A DNA stretch of 41,085 nt from Candidatus Woykebacteria bacterium RIFCSPLOWO2_01_FULL_43_14 (GTDB lineage Bacteria; Patescibacteriota; Microgenomatia; Woykebacterales; 2-01-FULL-43-14): contig MHDB01000020.1 in the NCBI GenBank assembly GCA_001816835.1, positions 23,523 through 64,607 of the forward strand, given 5' to 3'. Both the position numbers and the translations under genes were made by a program. The stretch's first letter is position 1. Every line of letters begins with the position of its first letter. Of this stretch, positions 19,337 to 26,729 are shown one piece after another. The notes below the pieces were generated by a model. It was not told the origin of the DNA. It did no database searches and saw only the letters and a program-made list of their open reading frames with translations.

Positions 19337-20546
19337 TTCCCCACCTCTCCAGATAGTGTCGGGCGCGGAGAAATCCCAAAAATAAGAGTACCACACCAAA
19401 ACCTGCAATAACATTCCCTACCCCAGCCAGATCCGCCAGTCCCCCAGCAATTAAAATCGGAGTGAAGGAAACGCCATTTACCATAGTATTAACTACTCCA
19501 TATATTCTTCCTCTCAAATCCTCCGGCGTCATCTTATGCAAAATTGTGGTCGCCGGCGCACTTACAAAACTCCCAAAGACGCCTAGAGTAAACATAGAAA
19601 GGATAGCCAGGACGGGAGCCATGAAGCCTAATCTGTGAGGAGCGAACGATGAAAAAAGCACCAGGATAATCCCAGAAACAATGAAACCTAAGTCAACCAA
19701 AAAATCCTCGCTCCAATCTCTCCCGAAAGTTGAAAGAATCACCCCGCCAATAATTATCCCTAACACCCCAGGTGCTACTAAGATAAGTCCAGCGTCTAGC
19801 ACATCCATTTTTAGAACCTGACTAACGTACCCTGGCCCTAAAGCACTAAGAGTCATGATAAAAGCGTTTACTGAGGTAATCGCAAGCGCAGCTTTGCGGA
19901 GATTTTTGTTTTGCCAGATAAACTTAAGCGCCGTATACAACTCATGGAAAATAGTAACTACCCCTTTACCACCACTTTTACCCATGATATGGGGTATCTG
20001 AGTTGACAAAAATGTAGCTAATAAGAAGCAAATAAAGACTACTATCACCGCTCCGCTCGATCCCACCAACCTAACAACTGGACCGCTCAAAATAAAGCCC
20101 ACAACCATCGAAACATTTATCGTCATTGTAAAGAGAGAGTTCGCGGATAAAAGATGGTTTTTAGGCACCACGCCTGGGATGGCACTCCCTTCAGCAGGCA
20201 CAAAAAACTGTGTGACCAGACTAATAACGAAAATCAAAGGGAGTAGCGAAAAAGGACTTTTAAGAATAAAAATAAACAAGAGAATCAGCAAACTACGAAT
20301 AAGATTGGTCGCAATCAGCGCTTTTTTGGTATCCCATCTATCAATGAGAACTCCAGCTATCGGTCCAAAAAAGATCGCAGGAAGTGTAAAACTTAAGACC
20401 AAGAGACTAACGGCACTGTTTGACTGGGTGCTCTCCCATACCTTTATTGTTAAAAGGTAATAGAGCATGTTTAAGGAGGTTTGGGTAAGGATCTGGGCAG
20501 ACCACAAATAAAGGAAATTTCGATTCTGTAAGATGTTTAGAAGCAT
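19305..20546 (-). CDS. MFS transporter (H+ antiporter/macrolide-efflux-like)
   Basis: 12 TM segments, motif A-like AGVLIDRWD.KK, P...RGR..G. Confidence 0.9.
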   Translation of the reverse strand: MLLNILQNRNFLYLWSAQILTQTSLNMLYYLLTIKVWESTQSNSAVSLLVLSFTLPAIFFGPIAGVLIDRWDTKKALIATNLIRSLLILLFIFILKSPFSLLPLIFVISLVTQFFVPAEGSAIPGVVPKNHLLSANSLFTMTINVSMVVGFILSGPVVRLVGSSGAVIVVFICFLLATFLSTQIPHIMGKSGGKGVVTIFHELYTALKFIWQNKNLRKAALAITSVNAFIMTLSALGPGYVSQVLKMDVLDAGLILVAPGVLGIIIGGVILSTFGRDWSEDFLVDLGFIVSGIILVLFSSFAPHRLGFMAPVLAILSMFTLGVFGSFVSAPATTILHKMTPEDLRGRIYGVVNTMVNGVSFTPILIAGGLADLAGVGNVIAGFGVVLLFLGFLRARHYLERWGKVVGGRGYRL

Positions 20547-20582
20547 ATCCTTAGATCAAATATGTATTTCAATCTAAATAGT

Positions 20583-22079
20583 TCAGTTTGTAGCGACTTC
20601 ATTTATGAGACTCGAAATCGTTTTTAGACCCACACCTGTCGGGCCTTTTGCCATGTACGGCTTTTCGCTATTCAACCAAGCCGTGCCCCCAATATCAATA
20701 TGAACCCAAGGAATCCCTGGCGCAACAAACTCCGAAAGAAACATCGCGCCAGCAATACTACCCGCCTGACGAGACGAGGGAACGTTGGCATAATCAGCTA
20801 TGGAGCTCTTGAGAAGCTCTTTGTAAAGATCAAAACTAGGCAATTGCCACATTTTTTCACCCGCCTTATTGGCATGTTCAATTATTTTATTAAGCCACTC
20901 TTGGTTATTCCCCATCACCCCACTCACCTCATATCCTAGCGCCGAAATTACCGCTCCTGTTAGAGTGGCCAGATCGATCAGATGGGTTATTCCCATTTCT
21001 TGAGACCAAAGCAGAGCATCCGCTAGAACAACCCTACCCTCAGCATCGGTGTTAATAACTTCTATAGTCTTGCCGTTCATGGCTTTGACGACATCCCCAG
21101 GTCGGACTGATTTGCCCGAAGGTAAATTCTCGGTTATGGGCATAACACCAACAACGTCTATATTTGGCTTAGTCATCGCCACAAGACGCATCGCCGACAG
21201 CACTGTGGCTGCTCCAGCCATATCCATTTTCATTTCTTCCATCTTATCGGAAGGCTTGATACTTATCCCCCCAGAATCGAAAGTCACACCTTTACCAACC
21301 AAACCTAAAACGCTTTTTTTGGGAGATTTTGCTCCGTGATAGGCAAGTTTTACCATAAATGAAGGTTCATCGCTCCCGGAGGCGATTGCGCAAAAAGCGC
21401 CCATCCCTTTTTCTCTAGCCTGTTTTTCATCAAGAACTTCAATCTCCAAATCAAATTCAGTAGCTAAACTCTTAGCCTCTTCAACAACCCTCTGTGGGGT
21501 GAGAATGTTAGCCGGTTCGGCAACCAACCTCCTAGCCCAGTTTATGCACTCGCCCACTTGAACTCCGTTAGTAATTTCCGCTTCTACTTTTTCGCTAGTT
21601 GGTACATCCAAATTAAAAACTACATCACTTAAGTCTTTGACGTCCTCTTTTTTCGAAACATAAATCGCGGGGTCAAAAACTCCAGTCAAAAGACCTTCAA
21701 CCATCAGAGACATTTCCCTTAGATCCGGTTTGGGAGTTGAAATACATAATCCCGCTTGAGTGATACCTTTTTTGGCAAGCGTTCGTCCTGCAAAAGCCGC
21801 TAATTTGGTTAACTTAGCGCTATCAAATTCACTACTTTTACCAGAGCCTAGCACCAAAACTTTTTTTGGAGTTATCTTGCCAAAGGTATAAATAAGGGTG
21901 CTTTCGAATAATTTAGCTTTTATTTCCCCATTTTTAAGGCCTTGAGAAATCACACTATCTAAAGCCTGGTCGATCTGAGCGACACGTGGAGATAGATTTT
22001 GGTCGCCTTCAAAAATGTTCAAGACCAAGGTATCTAGCTTTAATTGTTCGGGAGACAGAGTTGAAATAGAAAATTTCAT
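20583..22079 (-). CDS. pepA: leucyl aminopeptidase (M17)
   Basis: GKGVTFDSGG, MKMDMAGAA, NTDAEGR, DLATLTGA and W.HIDI motifs. Start set at the ATG 6 nt after TATACT. Confidence 0.96.
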   Translation of the reverse strand: MKFSISTLSPEQLKLDTLVLNIFEGDQNLSPRVAQIDQALDSVISQGLKNGEIKAKLFESTLIYTFGKITPKKVLVLGSGKSSEFDSAKLTKLAAFAGRTLAKKGITQAGLCISTPKPDLREMSLMVEGLLTGVFDPAIYVSKKEDVKDLSDVVFNLDVPTSEKVEAEITNGVQVGECINWARRLVAEPANILTPQRVVEEAKSLATEFDLEIEVLDEKQAREKGMGAFCAIASGSDEPSFMVKLAYHGAKSPKKSVLGLVGKGVTFDSGGISIKPSDKMEEMKMDMAGAATVLSAMRLVAMTKPNIDVVGVMPITENLPSGKSVRPGDVVKAMNGKTIEVINTDAEGRVVLADALLWSQEMGITHLIDLATLTGAVISALGYEVSGVMGNNQEWLNKIIEHANKAGEKMWQLPSFDLYKELLKSSIADYANVPSSRQAGSIAGAMFLSEFVAPGIPWVHIDIGGTAWLNSEKPYMAKGPTGVGLKTISSLINEVATN

Positions 22080-22117
22080 GGGGTAAGTATAACAGCTTGG
22101 CCTTAAAACACGCAAAC

Positions 22118-22146
22118 AAGAAAAGGGCAGTTAAAAACTACCCTTT
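22118..22146 (-). terminator. intrinsic terminator after the small membrane ORFs
   Basis: AAGGGTAG-TTTTTAA-CTGCCCTT followed by TTCTT. Confidence 0.6.
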
Positions 22147-22278
22147 AAGTACCCAATCTAGGAGCGAATTAAGCTTGTAGGCTAAAGGTAACGCGCTGAG
22201 TAGCAAGACAACCCAAGCAACGTATACTTCGTCTGGAATGTTACTAAGTTCTTCGCCCATCTCAGACTCAGATTTCAT
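22138..22278 (-). CDS. 46-aa single-TM small protein (not in the ORF track)
   Basis: MKSESEMGEELSNIPDEVYVAWVVLLLSALPLAYKLNSLLDWVLKG; starts 2 nt after the upstream stop, has an AGGTGG RBS and ends in a terminator. Confidence 0.55.
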   Translation of the reverse strand: MKSESEMGEELSNIPDEVYVAWVVLLLSALPLAYKLNSLLDWVLKG

Positions 22279-22280
22279 AC

Positions 22281-22472
22281 TTACCACCTATCTACCGAGT
22301 CGTCGGTTGTCGACCAACTTAGAAACCCTTCACTGTCTGTAGATAAAAGTTTGACCTTTTGTAGAAAATTTATCATCCCTATCACTCCCCAAAGAATGAA
22401 CCCAGCCATAGCCATCGCCCCGCTGATAAAAAGTAAAGCGGCGGCTACCCACCTATCGTTTCTGTCACTCAC
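22281..22472 (-). CDS. 63-aa single-TM small protein
   Basis: GTG start after AAGGGG, long hydrophobic helix, upstream promoter TTGAAT-17-TACAAT. Confidence 0.6.
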   Translation of the reverse strand: MSDRNDRWVAAALLFISGAMAMAGFILWGVIGMINFLQKVKLLSTDSEGFLSWSTTDDSVDRW

Positions 22473-22598
22473 TTCTCTAACCCCTTTTCGAGGAGATTGT
22501 ACTACTAGCTAGCTTTAAATTCAACACGAATCTATACAACCTAGGAGGTTAAACAGGTAGGTAACCTAGGAAATAGTCTATCTAACTACAAGAAGACC

Positions 22599-22641
22599 AA
22601 AAAGAAAAGGCTAGCGAAACTACAAGAGTCTCAACTAGCCT
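22599..22641 (-). terminator. terminator of the large RNA
   Basis: AGGCTAG..TGAGACT-CTTGT-AGTTTCG-CTAGCCT followed by TTTCTTTTT. Confidence 0.75.
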
Positions 22642-23018
22642 ACTGATTTCCAAAGCCGACGGAGGCTAAGGAAGACAATGGAAGGGAGAGGAAACCTCCG
22701 TCGACCAAGTTGGGTTAGAATTTGCTCATAGTGGTATGGGCCACTCGGAGCAGCTGGCCGGCAAAACCAGCTTACTAGGTGAAACCCATTCACCCAGTCC
22801 AAATATCGTGGGAGTGACTAATTTTGGCCACTCAACCACAGTTAATCTCATACCGTTCTCTCCTACCCCATGGGGCAAGTGACTAACGAGAACGGCTCAA
22901 CGCGAGTCAGGACTTCCGAACGAACCTTCGGAAACCTTTCTCGCTACAGCGCCCCCAGTACGTCCCATGGAACGTTGGGGGTAGCGAGGTCACACTTGGG
23001 CAACACCATAGCGCGACC
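22599..23018 (-). ncRNA. candidate ~420-nt multi-hairpin structured RNA (family not recognised)
   Basis: Promoter upstream, about 9 consecutive stem-loops whose G-U wobbles form on the minus strand, terminator hairpin plus U-tract. Confidence 0.7.
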
Positions 23019-23024
23019 AAATCA

Positions 23025-23054
23025 ACCATACCACCGCAGTTTAACTTTTGTCAA
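23025..23054 (-). promoter_or_regulatory. promoter of the large RNA
   Basis: TTGACA-18bp-TATGGT with extended -10 TGg; the predicted +1 at G23018 is the first base of the first hairpin. Confidence 0.65.
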
Positions 23055-23118
23055 CTAACCCTCACACCTGGTGTGAGGTAGGTTCGCACATCTGGACAAT
23101 AATAATGGGAAGTCGTAA

Positions 23119-24246
23119 CTAAATTGTTACTTTAGAGATATCCTTTGGGGATTTAGTCAGAGTTTCGCAGCCTGATTTTGTCACAAGGACTAGGTCTTCA
23201 ATTCGTATCCCACCCCAACCAGGAATATAGATCCCAGGCTCGACTGAGATAACATTTCCTTCCTGCAAGACGTCTGTGGATCGAAGTGAAACTGACGGAA
23301 GCTCGTGAACTTCAAGTCCAATCCCATGACTTAACCCATGACCGTAAGGCTTATACCCAGCCTTTTCAACTACCTCACGGGCAGCAGCGTCTACTTCTTT
23401 ACTCTTTGCGCCAGGGTGAATACGCCTCATCGCAGACTCTTGGGCATCCCAAACTACTTGATAGACTTTTCGCTGATCAGCAGTCGGTTTACCCATAAAA
23501 ACTACGCGTGAAATATCAGAACAATACCCATTCACGACTGCGCCAAAGTCAAGCTGAAGCATATCTTGTTTTTGCAGTTGTGCTTTTCCTGGGTGGTAAT
23601 GAGGCATTGAAGAGTTTGCTCCAACGGCGACTATGAACGGATGCCAAGCAACACGCTCCGCGCCCTCTTCACGGATTAGTTTTTCGAGCAGCCAAGCTAT
23701 TTCTATTTCAGTTTGTCCCGGTTTTATAGCAACCAAAAGTTTGGCAAACGCTCGGTCAGCGATATCAACACTTTTTTGAATTTGCGCTATCTCGTAAGGA
23801 TCTTTGACGGATCGTACCTTCTCAATTACTCCCTGAGTACTCACCAAGTTAAGTTTGGCGGCTCGACTCCTGTCTCTGAGTTCTAACACCTGGCGATGAG
23901 TAATCTTGTGAGACTCGTAACCAACTCTTTCACCTTCGAACGACCGAGAATATGATTCCCAAAAACTATCAAATGGCGTGTCAATTTGGTTAACTTTTAC
24001 AGGAGGAGATTGGTTCTGTGCAAGCTCTGTATACCGAGAGTCAACAAAAAGGGTAACGCCATCCTCACTCACCAGGACCCACCCAGTACTGCCAGTAAAT
24101 CCAGTAAGATAGAGTCTATTGGCGGGGTCTTCAGTTAAGAAAAACTTCAGATTCTTCTTTTTCAGAGACTCTTTCAGTTTCCTGAGCCTCCCGGGATAAT
24201 CCGGGAGCATATCTTGGTGATCGTTTAAGTTTTGTTTCATCTTCAT
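23119..24246 (-). CDS. Xaa-Pro aminopeptidase/dipeptidase (M24B); the real start may be 24210
   Basis: YLTGF, DSRY, PHY, DFGA..GY.SD.SR, HG..HGIGLEVHE, EPGIY and GIRIED motifs. Confidence 0.95.
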   Translation of the reverse strand: MKMKQNLNDHQDMLPDYPGRLRKLKESLKKKNLKFFLTEDPANRLYLTGFTGSTGWVLVSEDGVTLFVDSRYTELAQNQSPPVKVNQIDTPFDSFWESYSRSFEGERVGYESHKITHRQVLELRDRSRAAKLNLVSTQGVIEKVRSVKDPYEIAQIQKSVDIADRAFAKLLVAIKPGQTEIEIAWLLEKLIREEGAERVAWHPFIVAVGANSSMPHYHPGKAQLQKQDMLQLDFGAVVNGYCSDISRVVFMGKPTADQRKVYQVVWDAQESAMRRIHPGAKSKEVDAAAREVVEKAGYKPYGHGLSHGIGLEVHELPSVSLRSTDVLQEGNVISVEPGIYIPGWGGIRIEDLVLVTKSGCETLTKSPKDISKVTI

Positions 24247-24835
24247 CGTTTATAATAAGCGGATACTTTCTGGGTCTTCCTCGTGGTCGCTTTGGTTTGA
24301 GTTCGGCTGACGTGGCAGCCAGTAACTTACGGGGTCTCCCTCGCTCTCGTTTGATTATACCCAATACACGTAGTTCTTCCATCCCGACCATACGGCTTTC
24401 GCGACCTGAGCAATATGGACAGTACGGCCAATTGATTTGGCTCACTCGATTACAGGCAAGACAAACTTTCTTTAGGCTTTGGCTACAACTTGGACAAAAA
24501 ATGTAATCCTTCTCCAGCACAAACCCACAGGTGGGACAAATCCCCTCGAGTGACTCCTTGATCAAAAGTTTTTCTTCAAGTCTTTTCTGTGCGGATTCGG
24601 CCAGAGTTAGGCGTGGTCTTAAGAACATGTAAAGAAACAAGCCAAAAATCCCACCGACCAAGACCAAAAAGGCAGCTGAGATATGAACAGCTCTGCTCCT
24701 TGATCTATCTTTGATGTCCACCCAAGTATAAAGAATCAAACCAAACCAAATAAGACCAAGGTAAGTCGAGACGATCATCCAAATATATGGGGCTTTAAAT
24801 GCATTAACCACAAATTCCAAGCTCATAAATAACAT
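24131..24835 (-). CDS. membrane protein with double zinc ribbon and two AT-hook-like motifs
   Basis: Two TM helices; CPTC, CPSC, CLAC and CPYC; RGRPRK twice. Confidence 0.8.
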   Translation of the reverse strand: MLFMSLEFVVNAFKAPYIWMIVSTYLGLIWFGLILYTWVDIKDRSRSRAVHISAAFLVLVGGIFGLFLYMFLRPRLTLAESAQKRLEEKLLIKESLEGICPTCGFVLEKDYIFCPSCSQSLKKVCLACNRVSQINWPYCPYCSGRESRMVGMEELRVLGIIKRERGRPRKLLAATSAELKPKRPRGRPRKYPLIINDEDETKLKRSPRYAPGLSREAQETERVSEKEESEVFLN

Positions 24836-24883
24836 TAATAACAGGTTGACTTTTACTTAACAAAAACATACAATCGCAACTAT

Positions 24884-25309
24884 ATGCTTTCGACCCCTCA
24901 TCTGCTCGTTGGTGCCACTGTTGGTTCCCTAAGCGCAAATCCTTTATTAGCTTTTTTGGCAGGAATAGCTTCTCATTTTATCATGGACCTGATCCCTCAT
25001 TGGGAATGGAAACCGTCAAATCCAATGTATGTCTTTCTTGCTTTCTTTGACTTTTTCTTTGGGGCAGCTCTTCTTTTCGTGCTTACAATTAACTCCTCAG
25101 ATCCTTTTTTGGTCTGGGCAGGGGCGATGGGGGGAGTTTTTCCAGATATCCTTCAAGCTCCTTACTACCTACTACACCGTAAGGTAAAGGTCTTGGAACC
25201 ATTAAGATCTTTTCACGGGAGTATTCAGCGCTACAAGGTTCCGATATATGCTGGAGTGCTTACGCAAATTGTGACTCTGATCATCACTTCTTGGTTCCTC
25301 ACTCGTTAG
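24884..25309 (+). CDS. membrane-bound putative metal-dependent hydrolase
   Basis: H...G, SH..MD..PH, PD and H...Q motifs; promoter TTGACT-17-TACAAT. Confidence 0.7.
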   Translation: MLSTPHLLVGATVGSLSANPLLAFLAGIASHFIMDLIPHWEWKPSNPMYVFLAFFDFFFGAALLFVLTINSSDPFLVWAGAMGGVFPDILQAPYYLLHRKVKVLEPLRSFHGSIQRYKVPIYAGVLTQIVTLIITSWFLTR

Positions 25310-25377
25310 GTGGTAGATTGTAGGTTTTAGGTTGTAGGAGAAAGTTGCTACAACCTACAAACTATAACCTACAACCT
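25308..25377. repeat. inverted heptamer tandem array, second copy
   Basis: AGGTGGT AGATTGT AGGTTTT AGGTTGT AGG, spacer, CTAC AACCTAC AAACTAT AACCTAC AACCT, between convergent genes. Confidence 0.8.
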
Positions 25378-25378
25378 C

Positions 25379-25942
25379 TCATCTAGCCACACGCTCGATA
25401 TAACTACCCTGACGAGTATCAACTTTGATAACGTCACCCTCGTGAATAAATAATGGTACACTTATTACCAGCCCATTTTCAAGTGTTGCGGGTTTAAGAA
25501 CATTGGAAACGGAATTTCCCCTCTCTCCTGGACCAGTCTCAGTAACCTTAAACTCGATACTATTAGGAAGGTCAACACTTAAAGGCTGCTCATCCCAAGT
25601 GATCAAGCTTACTACCATGCCTTCTTTAAGGAATTTATCTACCCCGCCTAGCTGGTTTTTTGGGAGAGAAAATTGTTCATAAGTGCCCACATCCATAAAA
25701 GTAAAGTTTTCACCGTCAGCGTAAAGGTAGGAAACTTTTTTCTTTTCCACGTTAGCTTCCTCTACACGAGCGTTTGAAATGTAGGATTTTTCGATAATCG
25801 CGCCTGTTTTAAGGTTACGCGCTTTTAACTTCACGTTGGCACTTCCCCGACCCACTTTCACAAACTCATAATTCAAAACAATCCAAGGACTCTCATCTTC
25901 CTGGAACATCGTCCCGTTTCGTAAATCAGTAACTGAAATCAT
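25379..25942 (-). CDS. efp: translation elongation factor P
   Basis: DLRNG, K.GRGSA.V, YLY, FMD..TYEQ, KPATLENG..VPLFI..GD.IKVDTR. Confidence 0.96.
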   Translation of the reverse strand: MISVTDLRNGTMFQEDESPWIVLNYEFVKVGRGSANVKLKARNLKTGAIIEKSYISNARVEEANVEKKKVSYLYADGENFTFMDVGTYEQFSLPKNQLGGVDKFLKEGMVVSLITWDEQPLSVDLPNSIEFKVTETGPGERGNSVSNVLKPATLENGLVISVPLFIHEGDVIKVDTRQGSYIERVAR

Positions 25943-26043
25943 AAGTGCGAAAATTCTAACACCTCGAGAAATTTTTTGCAAAAACTCAGCCTATCCGCTA
26001 GTTATGGGGCTTTTGTCATGGTATAATTACTTTCTAAAACTGC

Positions 26044-26128
26044 GCCGCTGTGGTGGAACTGGCAGACACGCACGACTCAAAATCGTGTGCCTCACGGCAT
26101 GTCGGTTCGACTCCGACCAGCGGCACCA
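26044..26128 (+). tRNA. tRNA-Leu(CAA)
   Basis: Acceptor stem GCCGCTG/CAGCGGC plus ACCA, anticodon arm CACGA-CTCAAAA-TCGTG, long variable arm, T-loop TTCGACT. Confidence 0.97.
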
Positions 26129-26244
26129 CCCCCTTATCGATTACACCCGCAACAAAATCTTTAGTTGACAGACGAAGCAAAAATCGCTAGACTAATAATC
26201 TGTGCTCAAATTTCTCAATCACTCGGAGCACCTAAGGGAGAGCT

Positions 26245-26598
26245 ATGTACCAAGTGCATGCGCAGCCAGTCGCGTCCGTGACACCCCCAAAGACAGGTCA
26301 TGGAAAGACTGATCAGACGTGCCCACTAGCATTTCAAACCCTCGAGATATATTCAGCACTTATGGAATTCGCGAAGGTTGGGGATCAGCGAACATTACGC
26401 GCGCTTTATCAGGCATGTCAAACACCAAGTCACAAAATAGAAGACACCTGCGCGGCCATTGCGGTAATGATGTCAGCCATTCCTTTTGATTATGTAGATC
26501 GTCGAGTTAAGGCAGACGCAGTTGAAGTAACTGGAAAGCTTTTGGAAGAAAGAGATCGGACCATTGTAGTAAGACCTTTAGAGACTCTCCAAGTCTAA
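26245..26598 (+). CDS. orphan hypothetical protein
   Basis: Own promoter TTGACA-17-TAGACT, RBS AAGGGAGAG and downstream terminator. Confidence 0.65.
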   Translation: MYQVHAQPVASVTPPKTGHGKTDQTCPLAFQTLEIYSALMEFAKVGDQRTLRALYQACQTPSHKIEDTCAAIAVMMSAIPFDYVDRRVKADAVEVTGKLLEERDRTIVVRPLETLQV

Positions 26599-26601
26599 TC
26601 T

Positions 26602-26639
26602 AACCCTCGTTTGATACTTTCAACCGGGGGTTTCTTTTT
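26602..26639 (+). terminator. intrinsic terminator
   Basis: AACCCTCG...CGGGGGTT followed by TCTTTTT. Confidence 0.6.
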
Positions 26640-26641
26640 GG

Positions 26642-26726
26642 CCTTCAGGCCAACCACGCGAAGCTCTCCGCGAAGTGTGGTAACCTTCAGGCCAACCACG
26701 CGAAGTCCAGCGCGGGCGAAGTGGGG
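26642..26726 (+). repeat. tandem REP-like elements
   Basis: 22-bp direct repeat CCTTCAGGCCAACCACGCGAAG at 26642 and 26684, each followed by a ...GCGAAGTG arm. Confidence 0.8.
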
Positions 26727-26729
26727 TTT

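Noticed and set aside
22599..23018. RNase P RNA or tmRNA identity for the large RNA
   Set aside because: GGAAGTCCTGA (minus) and GAGGAAACCTCC (plus) loosely echo the RNase P P4 strand, but there is no end-to-end P1 helix or properly placed partner strand. There are no tRNA-like ends for tmRNA. A covariance search is still needed.
22870..23058. 62-aa plus-strand ORF
   Set aside because: No RBS or promoter, and it is antisense to the structured RNA.
26642..26705. CRISPR array
   Set aside because: Only two 22-bp repeats with a 20-bp related spacer and no cas genes; better explained as REP-like repeats.
26044..26726. Integrated element at tRNA-Leu
   Set aside because: No integrase and no duplicated tRNA 3' end seen.
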